The notes: generated by a model not told the origin, from the sequence alone. Shown: positions 11,701 to 20,739, numbered from the stretch's first letter. The stretch is 64,000 bases of DNA from Methanomassiliicoccaceae archaeon (GCA_040776945.1 JAXGZN010000002.1:1-64000), one strand, 5' to 3'. Numbers and translations: made by a program.

Positions 11701-12757
11701 CTCGTACCGCATGCGCGAGATGATGGACCGCGGGGACCTGGTGCTTTGCGGCACGGTCAACGAGTCCCTGAAGGCGGCCAAGGCCCTGGGGGTCGGCACC
11801 ATGCTGTTCGCCGACGGTCTCGTGATCGATGAGGCCAGCATGATGGTGTTCCCCGATTTCCTGGCCCTCAGCACCCTGGTCGGCCAGGGAGGGGAGATGA
11901 TGCTTGCCGGGGACCACAAGCAGCTGGCACCCATCACCTCGCATGACTGGGATCGCGAGACCAGGGAACAGGTCGTACGCATGACGCCGCACGAGAGCGC
12001 GTACCGGGCCATTAACGACCTTGCCGCGAGAACCGTTCCGGGAGCGATCGGGCGCTCGGCCCTCAGCATCACCTACCGCCTCACGCCCGAGCTCACCCAC
12101 CTGATATCAGGGGTGTACAGGGATGAGGGCGTCGGACTGGTCTCGAGGAAGGAGCAGGAAGCCAAGGACCTCAGGTTCGATTCGCTGGAGGACCTGTGGA
12201 GGAACAGGGGAGTGTTCCTCGTGGTCCACGATGAGGCATGCTCAAGGAAGAGCAACGAGTTCGAGGGCCAACTGGTCCGGGACATACTGGCATCCTGGAG
12301 GGTAGAGGAGGACAAGGTGCGGCCGGGCACGGTGTCCGTGATCACGCCCCACCGGGCGCAGCGCGGGCTGCTAAAGAACATGCTGTACCCGGACTTCACC
12401 TATCACCTGAAGCTGATCGACACGGTGGAGAGGCTTCAGGGCGGGGAGTGCGAGACGATAATAGTGTCCGGCACGCAGAGCGACGTGAGCGCGATAAGCG
12501 ACAACGCCGAGTTCATACTGGACCTTAACCGGACGAACGTCATATTCTCACGCGCACAGGAGCGCCTGATAGTGGTATGTTCCCGGAGCCTCCTGGACAG
12601 CATGCCCGCGGACTTAGAGGACTACGAGCGGTCATGGCTATGGAAGCACCTGCGCGCGGTCTGCGACACTACCGTGCTGGAGGTGCCTGGATACGAGCAC
12701 CGGGTGGAGGTCCGGGTCCCTGGCCGGTTCTGGGGCCCGGGGGCGGGAAACGGTTAA
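8702..12757 (+). CDS. RecB/Cas4-like PD-(D/E)XK nuclease + RNase H-like domain + SF1 (Dna2/Nam7-type) helicase fusion
   Basis: GRMDFV..VECKAS..QLAAY; Cys near the N-terminus plus CDACVHCPIC; FLDVEYD; GPPGTGKT, VIDEAS, GDHKQL, TPHRAQR, TVERLQGGE, NVIFSRA. True start may be ACG at 8681. Confidence 0.88.
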   Translation: MVVTDIGEYINQHGCERSFKLRINKAEIARRFPFYGQVRSPLNPILAARGRERESELQGSIGARVPILESGNGPEGRMTWSELLRRLAGLQEGEERFAREVEIEGEVGEFSLFGRMDFVILRWSDGAPRLRIVECKASRRDRTYHRVQLAAYRVLVSEALGKDGVVIGGKLHRNIVLESVVARIDEDTNEVQDALTAPSLDLEQEMEDLRRLLAADGPLARIDSMDLDELSYSLDPKCDACVHCPICLPESARQRRLELLGIDTVTARALRHAGIGDLDALADLDPRGREARSLRGTVGFTSDLDDLIGRAKARRSTLAGRKEGDWEVMPKKHSGPGLLPAHEHGGLRLVRVFLDVEYDYIEDRLVGLAAHVTDSEMSLKTPMSDRTPSAQLTEVSENGSERTMRAEEVVRLVTFPWSGNVDDDDEAEGSMLRAFFLDLVAAIVRVGGRGERPLHFYTWSMGDMEHLIDACYRTGGSALRDLTELLGCRAECRADLEQMIVTSLRDEIDEKVMLGYTGLSPAIATSLAWFGRPRFHWTRMVGGEPIDLSRTFRRDIFDFRTALHTSPEGEWSERGAPGAVLNYYEVRARHSSDVSSPYWYAMWGILPPPSGRDNMLPRALDDYRRGGTAILISSFLVAKCQALRWLEERLFTTGSISKPPVPLDRLDGIGDRFASRYSIVDASLDFLRLDHHAKRAEWLIEAAHSPASRVADGTCLPLRDLSLFYDREGTHVAGTLDLERFSMDKGAYFASSAMEEGGYVRIVPYSGDIERAPSIGDLLRRGATAKIDVLVPDLDAFEATIREHSHRGGPAEHYVLPSQRESMDGARYALAGDSLSDFVHSRVDRWLSEHSDSPTARWFDPAAPAVPSRGRPPEGLIARWRSVLKELRLGDRRLDDVQVEACLDGLSCTVQLLLGPPGTGKTNTAAAAIMLRLASRPERKLFFLSASTHTAVNELTSRIREIVPSFRKAADEAGMAYNVPAVLRLSSDERAEGESVCTENSYRMREMMDRGDLVLCGTVNESLKAAKALGVGTMLFADGLVIDEASMMVFPDFLALSTLVGQGGEMMLAGDHKQLAPITSHDWDRETREQVVRMTPHESAYRAINDLAARTVPGAIGRSALSITYRLTPELTHLISGVYRDEGVGLVSRKEQEAKDLRFDSLEDLWRNRGVFLVVHDEACSRKSNEFEGQLVRDILASWRVEEDKVRPGTVSVITPHRAQRGLLKNMLYPDFTYHLKLIDTVERLQGGECETIIVSGTQSDVSAISDNAEFILDLNRTNVIFSRAQERLIVVCSRSLLDSMPADLEDYERSWLWKHLRAVCDTTVLEVPGYEHRVEVRVPGRFWGPGAGNG

Positions 12758-12793
12758 GCGTTCGTGCATGGTTAGGAACATGGAGATGAGCGT

Positions 12794-13375
12794 ATGAAGG
12801 TAGCGATAATCGGGAAGGGCCGAGTGGGCAAGGCGATCGGCGAAGGACTGGAGAGGACCGGCCATCAGGTGCGGTACGGCCACCGGGTCCCGTCAGAGCG
12901 CCCGGCCCTGGCGGCGGATTGGGGGGAGATGGCGGTCCTCGCGGTGCCGTACCATCAGGTGGAGAACGTGGTGGCGAACATCGGGCACCTGCTCGACGAC
13001 AAGATCGTGATTGACGTCACCAACCGTCTCGGGCCGAACGGCGAGCCGGTCCCGTGCGGCGACATCTCAGGCGCCGAAAGGCTGCAGGAAATGCTTCCAC
13101 TGGCCAAGGTGGTCAAGGCCTTCAACACGGTCTTCGCCCAGAACCAGGGCACCGGGCGCATAGGAGACGAGAGGCTGACGGCCTTCGTGGCCGGGGACGA
13201 TGCGGAGGCCAAGACCATGGTGATGTCCATGATGGGGAGCATGGGCTTCGACCCCGTGGACAGCGGCCCCCTGAGGCACGCGCAGTACCTGGAGGCCATG
13301 GGGCTATTGATGATCAAGCTTGCTTTCGAGCAGGGCATGGGGCCCTCGATCGGCTACCGGCTCGTCAGGAAATGA
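12794..13375 (+). CDS. NADP oxidoreductase, F420-dependent family (dinucleotide-binding enzyme)
   Basis: IIGKGRVG Rossmann motif, LAVP, IDVTN, VVKAFNT, VAGDD, DSGPL. Confidence 0.88.
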   Translation: MKVAIIGKGRVGKAIGEGLERTGHQVRYGHRVPSERPALAADWGEMAVLAVPYHQVENVVANIGHLLDDKIVIDVTNRLGPNGEPVPCGDISGAERLQEMLPLAKVVKAFNTVFAQNQGTGRIGDERLTAFVAGDDAEAKTMVMSMMGSMGFDPVDSGPLRHAQYLEAMGLLMIKLAFEQGMGPSIGYRLVRK

Positions 13376-13425
13376 GCCCTCTCGGCAAGGATGTTTAATT
13401 AGCCCCGTCGCCGCTAATAGCATCG

Positions 13426-13617
13426 ATGTGCGAGTCCACGGTCCTGATGAAAGACGAAAGCGGCCTGAGCACGGTAATGGCGGATGCGGTCCGGATAACG
13501 TTCGAAGGCCCGCGCTGCGTATGCACCGACGTGATCGGCAGGTCCATGCCCCTGGAGAACGTCCGAGCGAGAGAGATCGACCTGGTACGCCACCGAGTGA
13601 TACTGGAGCGGGCGTAG
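13426..13617 (+). CDS. cooT: CooT family nickel-binding protein
   Basis: MCES N-terminus, 63 aa, D..G and H.V.L C-terminus; upstream of cooC/cooS. Confidence 0.85.
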   Translation: MCESTVLMKDESGLSTVMADAVRITFEGPRCVCTDVIGRSMPLENVRAREIDLVRHRVILERA

Positions 13618-14412
13618 ATGCCGTTGAAGATAGCGGTGTCGGGCAAGGGAGGGGTGGGCAAGACCACCGTGGCCGCGGTGCTCGCCTCGCTCCTCGCCCG
13701 TGATGGCCTCAACGTCATCGCGGTGGACGCTGACCCCGCCTCCTCGCTCCCGGCGGCTCTGGGAGTCCCCGAAGCAGAGAGGGACGGGATAGTGCCGCTG
13801 TCCCAGATGCTCGATCTGATAGAGGAGCGTACGGGCATGAGGCCGGGGAGCGGGCCGGGAGGACTTTACTCCTTGAACCCAAAGGTCGACGACCTTGCCG
13901 AGCGGTACGCGGTGCGATGCTCCGACGGGGTCAGGCTGCTGGTGCTGGGGACCATCAAGACCCCGGGGTCCGGATGCTTCTGCCCCGAGAGCTCCCTGCT
14001 CAAGGCGCTGCTGAACCATCTGGTCCTCGACGAGGACCACGTGATGGTGCTGGACATGGAGGCGGGCCTGGAACACCTGGGCCGGTCGACAGTGCGGTCG
14101 GTGGATATGCTTCTGGTGGTGGTCGAACCAGGGCGCCGCTCGGTGGACACGGCGGCGCGGATCGGCGCATTGGCAAGGGAGCTCGGGGTGAAGCGCGTCT
14201 TTGCGGTCCTGAACAAGGTGGCCTCCCCGGAGCAAGAGACCGAGATCCTGCGGCTGCTTCGAGACTCTGGTCTGCAGTGCCTCGCCATCATTCCCTATGA
14301 CGAACGGCTGGTGGAGGCCGATCTGGCCGGGCGCCCGGCCATGAGCAGCGGGGCGGACAGCGTGCTAGAGGCCATCGCCGCGCTTAAGGAGGAGATGCTT
14401 CGCATCGCCTAG
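13618..14412 (+). CDS. cooC: CO dehydrogenase nickel-insertion ATPase CooC
   Basis: SGKGGVGKT, DADP, GSGCFCPE, LDMEAGLEHLGR. Confidence 0.95.
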   Translation: MPLKIAVSGKGGVGKTTVAAVLASLLARDGLNVIAVDADPASSLPAALGVPEAERDGIVPLSQMLDLIEERTGMRPGSGPGGLYSLNPKVDDLAERYAVRCSDGVRLLVLGTIKTPGSGCFCPESSLLKALLNHLVLDEDHVMVLDMEAGLEHLGRSTVRSVDMLLVVVEPGRRSVDTAARIGALARELGVKRVFAVLNKVASPEQETEILRLLRDSGLQCLAIIPYDERLVEADLAGRPAMSSGADSVLEAIAALKEEMLRIA

Positions 14413-14461
14413 GGTAAAGGCCAGTAAGGATGTAATAGGAGAGGTTCGCAATAGCCCGCCC

Positions 14462-16399
14462 ATGAGCGATGAGTATCCCGAGATCATATCGATCGAGTGC
14501 CTGCGAGTTCCCGCCAAGCATTTGAAGCCCGAGGAGATCGACGAAAAGGTGGAGGACCGGGCCCTGGACCGCGCTACCCAAGAGGTCCTGAGGAAGACGA
14601 TGCGAGAGGGAACGGAGACGGCGTGGGACAGGCTGGAGCGCCAGACCCCCCATTGCAAGTTCTGCATCGAGGGGGTATCCTGCCAGAGGTGCGCCATGGG
14701 GCCTTGCCGGATCATGGGCGGGGACCGCACCAGAGGCGTGTGCGGCAATGACGCCGACCTGATAGTGGCCAGGAACCTTCTGGATTGGGTGGCCATGGGC
14801 GCTGCGGCCCACTCCGACCACGGAAGGGACGTGGTGGAGGCCATGCTCAAGGCCTCCCGAGGGGAGGCGCCCCAGTACGAGGTGGTAGATAAGGAGAAGC
14901 TGAACCGCCTCGCCCAGGAGTACGGGATCGACATCTCCGCCCCGGTGAACAAGGTCGCCGAGGAACTGGCGCTGGCCATGATGGATGAGTTCGGCATGCG
15001 CAAGGGCGAGCTGCAGATGATCAAGAGGATGCCGGAGAAGGACCTCGAGCGGCTGAGGAGGTTGGACCTGTACCCCCGCGGCGTAGACCGCGAGATCGTG
15101 GAGGCCATGCACCGCATCCACATGGGCGTGGGCAATGAGCCGGTAAGCGTGACGATGTTCGGCTTCCAGGTGTCGCTGTCCGACGGCTGGGGAGGCTCGA
15201 TGATGGGCACGGAGATATCGGACGTGATGTTCGGGACGCCTGAGCCCAAGGTCTCCAGGGTGAATCTGGGAGTGCTCAAGCACGATCAGGTCAATGTAGC
15301 GCTGCACGGCCACAATCCGGTCCTTTCGGAGATGATCGTGAAGGCCGCGGCCCTCCCCGAACTTCAGGAACGGGCCAAGCGCGCAGGGGCCAAGGGGATC
15401 AACCTGGTCGGGCTGTGCTGCACCGGGAATGAGCTCCTGATGCGCAAAGGTGTCCCGCAGGCCGGCAACCATCTGGACCAGGAGCTGACCATCACCACGG
15501 GAGCGCTGGAGGCGATGATCGTGGACTACCAGTGCATATTCCCGGCGCTGCCGTACACCGCGGCGTGCTATCACACCAAGGTGTTCTCCACCTCCCCCAA
15601 GGCGCAGATGACCGGGGCCACCTACATGGAGATCAACCCGGAGAACGCCTTCGAACAGTCCCGCCTGATGCTGGAGGCGGCCATAGACAACTATCCCAAC
15701 CGGGCGAAGGAGAAGGTGTTCATTCCCGACAAGCCGATGGACGCTATGGTGGGGTTCTCGGTCGAAGCGATCAAGAAGGCCCTGGGAGGCAGCCTCAAGC
15801 CGCTTCTGGACGTGATACTGGAGGGCAAGATCAGAGGATGCGTGGGGATCGTCGGCTGCAACAACCCTCATATCCGCCATGATCTCGGGCACGTCACCCT
15901 GGCCAAGGAGCTCATAAAGAGGGACGTGCTGTGCGTGGAGACGGGCTGCGCCGCCATCGCCTGCGCCAAGGCCGGCCTGATGATGCCGGAATCCATCGAG
16001 CACGCGGGCAAGGGCATCAAGGAGGTGTGCGGCTCGCTGGGCATACCGCCGGTCCTGCACATGGGGTCGTGCGTCGACAACACCAGGGTGCTGAACCTGG
16101 TGGCCGACATTGCCAACCTGGCCGGGGTCACCGTGGACCAGCTACCGGTAGGCGGAGCGGCGCCGGAATGGTACTCTCCCAAGGCAGTGTCCATCGCCGA
16201 GTACTTCGTGGCCTCCGGGGTAAGCACGGTCCTGGGGATCATGCCCCGCGTCGGCGGGAGCAAGGTGGTCACCAAGCTGCTCACCGAGACCATAGAGGGC
16301 AGCCTGAAGGCGAAGTTCTGGGTGGAACCGGACCCCAAGAAGGCGGCCGCGATCCTCTATGACCACATCGAGATGAAGAGGAAGGGCCTGGGGCTCTAA
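14462..16399 (+). CDS. cooS: Anaerobic Ni,Fe carbon monoxide dehydrogenase catalytic subunit
   Basis: B-cluster CxxCxMGPC...VCG; C-cluster ligands HGHNP, CCTGNE, DYQC, GCNN, TGC, GSCVD; HSDH and PKA catalytic residues. Confidence 0.97.
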   Translation: MSDEYPEIISIECLRVPAKHLKPEEIDEKVEDRALDRATQEVLRKTMREGTETAWDRLERQTPHCKFCIEGVSCQRCAMGPCRIMGGDRTRGVCGNDADLIVARNLLDWVAMGAAAHSDHGRDVVEAMLKASRGEAPQYEVVDKEKLNRLAQEYGIDISAPVNKVAEELALAMMDEFGMRKGELQMIKRMPEKDLERLRRLDLYPRGVDREIVEAMHRIHMGVGNEPVSVTMFGFQVSLSDGWGGSMMGTEISDVMFGTPEPKVSRVNLGVLKHDQVNVALHGHNPVLSEMIVKAAALPELQERAKRAGAKGINLVGLCCTGNELLMRKGVPQAGNHLDQELTITTGALEAMIVDYQCIFPALPYTAACYHTKVFSTSPKAQMTGATYMEINPENAFEQSRLMLEAAIDNYPNRAKEKVFIPDKPMDAMVGFSVEAIKKALGGSLKPLLDVILEGKIRGCVGIVGCNNPHIRHDLGHVTLAKELIKRDVLCVETGCAAIACAKAGLMMPESIEHAGKGIKEVCGSLGIPPVLHMGSCVDNTRVLNLVADIANLAGVTVDQLPVGGAAPEWYSPKAVSIAEYFVASGVSTVLGIMPRVGGSKVVTKLLTETIEGSLKAKFWVEPDPKKAAAILYDHIEMKRKGLGL

Positions 16400-16498
16400 G
16401 CGGCGATAGGTCGCTAAACGTCTTGTCAGGCCGCGCCCTCTGGGGTCGCAGGACCGTCGGCCCGGACCTCTGCCGCCCCATGCGGAGAAGGGGCCGGC

Positions 16499-16642
16499 TC
16501 ATTCCTTCTTTTTTTCCTTCTCATCGGTCGAGGGGATGCGCCTCGCTGCGCTGGATTTCTTGTAATTGCTGTAAGCGACGCAGTCGGCGCACTTGGAACC
16601 CGATATCTGGAACTGGCAAAAGTAGCAGTGCTTGTCACCCAC
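16499..16642 (-). CDS. 47-aa double-CxxC microprotein (not in ORF track)
   Basis: Manual translation MGDKHCYFCQFQISGSKCADCVAYSNYKKSSAARRIPSTDEKEKKKE; GGAG 4 nt before the GTG start. Confidence 0.7.
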   Translation of the reverse strand: MGDKHCYFCQFQISGSKCADCVAYSNYKKSSAARRIPSTDEKEKKKE

Positions 16643-16681
16643 GATACTCCATCCGTTCTGTCAAAAAGGAACTCCGGAGTA

Positions 16682-16712
16682 CATTATCAATGTTAATGTT
16701 CCCATTATCAAT
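16682..16712. promoter_or_regulatory. Direct repeat CATTATCAAT x2 (21-bp period) upstream of the microprotein
   Basis: Exact copies at 16682-16691 and 16703-16712. Confidence 0.5.
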
Positions 16713-16798
16713 CGAGCATCCCATCTCCCGCCCGCGGGGCCCGACATTGAGCGAAGGTCCTGCCGACAGCGGCAGGAAGCACGTCGATGTCCAGCGCA

Positions 16799-17533
16799 CT
16801 ATTGGAGGTCCATCGAGGCCACATAGGCGTATCCCCGCGGCGCGCTATGGCGGCCATCCTCCCTGATGGCGAAGGCGGCCCGGTACCCCTCATGTTCGGC
16901 CGCCAGACGCATGTGGGACAGCGCTATCCCGACGTTGATGCGGTTCATTGGGCCAGTCACCGCCGAGCGGGCCGCGTGGGCATGGACCACGCCACCGCCG
17001 CCATTGAAGAACCAAGACTGATTGTTCAATCCAGACGGCGCGATCCTTGCCGCCTCCAGGATCTCGCGGTGGTCCGCCAGGTCGGTGATGTCCGATATTT
17101 CCTTCCGCCGAAACTTGGAGCGGTCGCGGTGGACCTTCTCCGCTGCCCTCCCGAACGCGAGCATTACGACATGGTCCAGGCCGGACGGCCGCTGCGTTCC
17201 CCGGACCGGCCTCGGTCCTCCCTGCCAGCAGCTGCCCAGGCCGTTGGCAGAGAGAAAAAGGTCGGCCTGCTGGAGCAGGAACCCGGCATTGGCCTCTTTA
17301 CCCTCTTTCTTCTCCGAATATAAGGCCAGATAATGGGGGGCGGCCACCTTGAACATGCCTCCCACATCCTCCTCCCCCAGGAACCGCAGCTCGACGCGGA
17401 TGTCCGGGAACAGCGGGCGCATCGAAGCGGTAAAGCTCGATACCGCCCTCATCATCTCCGGGTCCAGCGGACCGGGCATGTACCTTCTCACCGAACGGCG
17501 CCTGAACATCGCATTGTACAGCTCTTCGCTCAT
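16799..17533 (-). CDS. Nitroreductase family protein
   Basis: RRRSVRRY, GLGSCW, ARIAPSGLNNQSW, GIALSH. Confidence 0.9.
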   Translation of the reverse strand: MSEELYNAMFRRRSVRRYMPGPLDPEMMRAVSSFTASMRPLFPDIRVELRFLGEEDVGGMFKVAAPHYLALYSEKKEGKEANAGFLLQQADLFLSANGLGSCWQGGPRPVRGTQRPSGLDHVVMLAFGRAAEKVHRDRSKFRRKEISDITDLADHREILEAARIAPSGLNNQSWFFNGGGGVVHAHAARSAVTGPMNRINVGIALSHMRLAAEHEGYRAAFAIREDGRHSAPRGYAYVASMDLQ

Positions 17534-17796
17534 GACCGCGGTCATAAGGGACAAGGTCGATAATAATGGAGCGGGGCGGCGGCCGACGGGCAGGATGCGG
17601 CCGGAGCCAAAAGAGGCCGCTCTACAGATCGGCACCGCGCTCTTCTCCCGAAACAAATTAGTAATGTCACATCCTATGACCGGCCCGCTGGGCCCAAGAT
17701 GGTCTGGAGCGGGAACGGCCAGGCCCGTTCTCTAGGTTGCTGAGGATCAGGCGGGGTCGTCGTTCATGTGCGGGCCGGTGTGGTGACGGGGTTAAG

Positions 17797-19566
17797 ATGG
17801 AAGAGACAAGGGTGCTTCTTGACATTACCTTCCTGACCGCGATCGCAGGCATCTGCTCGATCCTCATGGTCAAGCTGAAGTTCCCGACCATCATCGGGTA
17901 TCTGGTCGCCGGCATCGTTCTTGGCCCGACCATGTTCCCTGACCTGTGGGTCGGGGACGAGACCGTGTTCCTGCTGTCGAACATGGGGATCGTCCTGCTC
18001 ATGTTCTATATCGGGATGGAGCTGAACCTGCGGGAGCTGAGGCGCATAGGGTCGTTCACCATATCGGTGGTGACCATCAACATGATCTGCATGGTCATGA
18101 TCGGCTTCCTGGTCGGCACGCTGGTGCTCGGCCTGGACACCGTGACCTCGATCTTCCTGGGAGCTATCATCTCGGGCACATCCACGGCAGTGGTGGTCGG
18201 GGTGCTCCACAGCCAGGGAAAGATCGGCACCCAGGAGGCCAAGGCCACCATCGGGATAACCGTGCTCGAGGACATCGGCCAGGTGATAATCCTCACCCTC
18301 GCGGCCCCTCTGCTGGTCGGGGAATCCCCAACCCTTGGCTCCACCCTCAACATGGTGCTAGTCATCTTGGTGTTCATCACCCTGAGCATTGTGCTGGGAG
18401 CGACCCTCGTTCCGAAGCTGATGAACTGGGTGGCCCGCAATTATTCAGGGGAAACGCTTCTCATCGTCGCCGTGGCGCTCTGCTTCGCCATGGCCCTGGC
18501 CTCCAGTTCCATCGGCCTTTCCATCGCCATCGGGGCGTTCCTTATGGGAGTGATAGTCTCCCAGTCCATGTTCGCTTCCGTCATAAAGGCCAAGGTGGAG
18601 CCGATGAAGGAGCTGTTCATGGCGGTGTTCTTCATCTCCATCGGCCTCCAGATCGACCCTGCCCTCATATGGAAGGGGCTGCCTCTGGCCATAGTGATCG
18701 CGGCCACTTTCACCGTTGGCAAGATAACCAGTGTAAGCCTGGGCTCGTACGTTAACGGCACCAGCATGCGCACCAGCTTCCGAATAGGGGTGAACCTTGT
18801 GGCCATGGGTGAGTTCGCCTTCATCATAGCCAAGGTCGCGCTGGATGCAAAGCTCATCGACCAGGACTTCTATTCCTCGGTGTTCGCAGCAGCCATAATC
18901 ACCATGGTCCTGCTCCCGATGCTGTCCCGAAAGACCGATGCCATATACAATGGTCTCCTGAGGTGCGTTCCCCGGAGGCTCATGTGCTCGTTCATGAAGG
19001 TGAACCAGTTCAAGGACGATATGGGGCGCCGGCTGGAAAGCTCGGCGGAGATCAGAAGCAAGGCCAAGGCCGAGCTGATGCTGATATCCGTGGACCTGGT
19101 GGTGATCATCAGCGTTATGCTGCTTATCAATGTCCTTTCGACGATGACCGAGCGGTTCCATGGGCTGATCGGAACGATCCAAGTCCTCCCGGTGCTGATA
19201 CTTTTCTTAGCAGGTTTGATAATAATCACCCCTGCCGTGTTTAACACCATGATGAGCATCCGGCGGATGTCCTACATATTGGCGAACGGTTCTCCCGACA
19301 AGAACGGGAAGCATTCTCCGCTGTACCGCCTGGTGCGCAACATCGGGGACCTGGCCTTGGCCGGAATGCTGGTGGTCCTGTTCGCCCCGTTCGTGGCCAT
19401 GTTCGGCGCAGGCATGTACCCCACCATCCTGTTCCTGCTCATGACCTGGCTGGCAATCCTCTTCTTGGTGTGGAACAGCTATAAGAGGTTGTACGACACG
19501 GTCCGCGCAAAGATAAAGATGAACATGGCGAGCACCGAAGCGGAAGATGGGACCGGGAAGATCTGA
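17797..19566 (+). CDS. Cation:proton antiporter (CPA2/Kef family)
   Basis: Many TM helices; GYLVAGIVLGP, STAVV, LEDI, GAFLMG, FFISIG, MGEFAFII. Confidence 0.92.
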   Translation: MEETRVLLDITFLTAIAGICSILMVKLKFPTIIGYLVAGIVLGPTMFPDLWVGDETVFLLSNMGIVLLMFYIGMELNLRELRRIGSFTISVVTINMICMVMIGFLVGTLVLGLDTVTSIFLGAIISGTSTAVVVGVLHSQGKIGTQEAKATIGITVLEDIGQVIILTLAAPLLVGESPTLGSTLNMVLVILVFITLSIVLGATLVPKLMNWVARNYSGETLLIVAVALCFAMALASSSIGLSIAIGAFLMGVIVSQSMFASVIKAKVEPMKELFMAVFFISIGLQIDPALIWKGLPLAIVIAATFTVGKITSVSLGSYVNGTSMRTSFRIGVNLVAMGEFAFIIAKVALDAKLIDQDFYSSVFAAAIITMVLLPMLSRKTDAIYNGLLRCVPRRLMCSFMKVNQFKDDMGRRLESSAEIRSKAKAELMLISVDLVVIISVMLLINVLSTMTERFHGLIGTIQVLPVLILFLAGLIIITPAVFNTMMSIRRMSYILANGSPDKNGKHSPLYRLVRNIGDLALAGMLVVLFAPFVAMFGAGMYPTILFLLMTWLAILFLVWNSYKRLYDTVRAKIKMNMASTEAEDGTGKI

Positions 19567-19627
19567 TGCCGGCCTAGCGAGGGTTCGAAGTCCTAGTTTG
19601 AAGTAGGTCCGGGGCAATTACCCAGGC

Positions 19628-20254
19628 ATGATGGAGGCATCCCTCTTAATCCGGCTCCCGGACACCTGGGTCTCCGATGTGTGCATACGCAACGGCACGA
19701 TGATCAACATCCAGCGGTGCATACCCTACGGGACGACCGGCGGGCGCAGCCTCATAGAGTTCGACGAGTGCCCGGAAACCGACAGGATAATCGAGGGCAT
19801 TCGGAAGCATCCAGCGATCGAGCGCGTGGAGGTCACCCGGTCCGAGGGAGGCAAGGTGTCCGCGCTGGTCGTAAACCGGAGCTGCCAAGCAGGCCAGCTC
19901 CTGGCAACCTCGGACTGCATAATGGTATCGGCCCAAAGCCTCAAGGATGGCAGGGTCAGATGGAAGCTCATCAGCGGCATGGAAGGGTCCCTGCAATCCC
20001 TGGTCGAGGAGCTAAGGAAGGCCGGATGCCAGGTCGAAGTGGAAAGGGTAGGCACGGTAAAGGCGCCTGTCGTCCTGACCAAGAGGCAGGAGGAGGCCTT
20101 GGCCTTGGCCCTGAGGGAAGGCTACTATGAGTCGCCGAAACGCATCCACCTCTCCGAACTGGCCAGAAAGCTCAACATCGCCCCCTCCTCGCTGGGAGAG
20201 ATGTTGAAGCGGGCGGAGAAGGCGGTCATCGAGGAGCACCTGGGGCTCGACTGA
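19628..20254 (+). CDS. Bat/HTH_10 family transcriptional regulator
   Basis: C-terminal LTKRQEEALALALREGYYESPKRIHLSELA...LKRAE. Confidence 0.9.
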   Translation: MMEASLLIRLPDTWVSDVCIRNGTMINIQRCIPYGTTGGRSLIEFDECPETDRIIEGIRKHPAIERVEVTRSEGGKVSALVVNRSCQAGQLLATSDCIMVSAQSLKDGRVRWKLISGMEGSLQSLVEELRKAGCQVEVERVGTVKAPVVLTKRQEEALALALREGYYESPKRIHLSELARKLNIAPSSLGEMLKRAEKAVIEEHLGLD

Positions 20255-20314
20255 CCGGACATATACGGAGCAATCATAATCGGCCTCGAAAGGATGGAGA
20301 GACGGAGATCCGCC

Positions 20315-20650
20315 ATGAGCATCATCGCCATACCTACACAGGGGAACAGGGGATTGGATGACTGGATCCACGAGCATTTCGGAAAGGCCCCTACCTATAC
20401 CCTCCTGAACACGGACACTGGAGGGTTGACCATCTTCGACAACACCAGCGATATCATGGGGGGTTCGGTCAGCCCTCCCGAGCTGGTCAGGTCGGTGGGG
20501 GCGGACATCATCGCCGTCAGCTACCTGGAGGCCAAGGATGCGAAGAGATGCTCCGAGCTCGGGATAACGGTCCTCTGCGGTGCCAGCGGCAGGGTCAGGG
20601 ACGTCCTGGACCAAGTGAGGAACGGGACCCTGTCCTCCTCGGCCCCCTGA
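20315..20650 (+). CDS. NifB/NifX family (dinitrogenase FeMo-cofactor domain) protein
   Basis: IAIPT...EHFGKAPTY motif. Confidence 0.85.
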   Translation: MSIIAIPTQGNRGLDDWIHEHFGKAPTYTLLNTDTGGLTIFDNTSDIMGGSVSPPELVRSVGADIIAVSYLEAKDAKRCSELGITVLCGASGRVRDVLDQVRNGTLSSSAP

Positions 20651-20739
20651 GCGATGCCCGATCACCGCCTGCCAGAGGCCGACCCTGCCCGTAGCATCGA
20701 CCTCTCAAGATATCTGCAGGAAGGCAAGGCTCTGCGGGC

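Noticed and set aside
17540-17796. Riboswitch upstream of the cation antiporter
   Set aside because: No recognisable c-di-AMP or fluoride aptamer consensus by eye.
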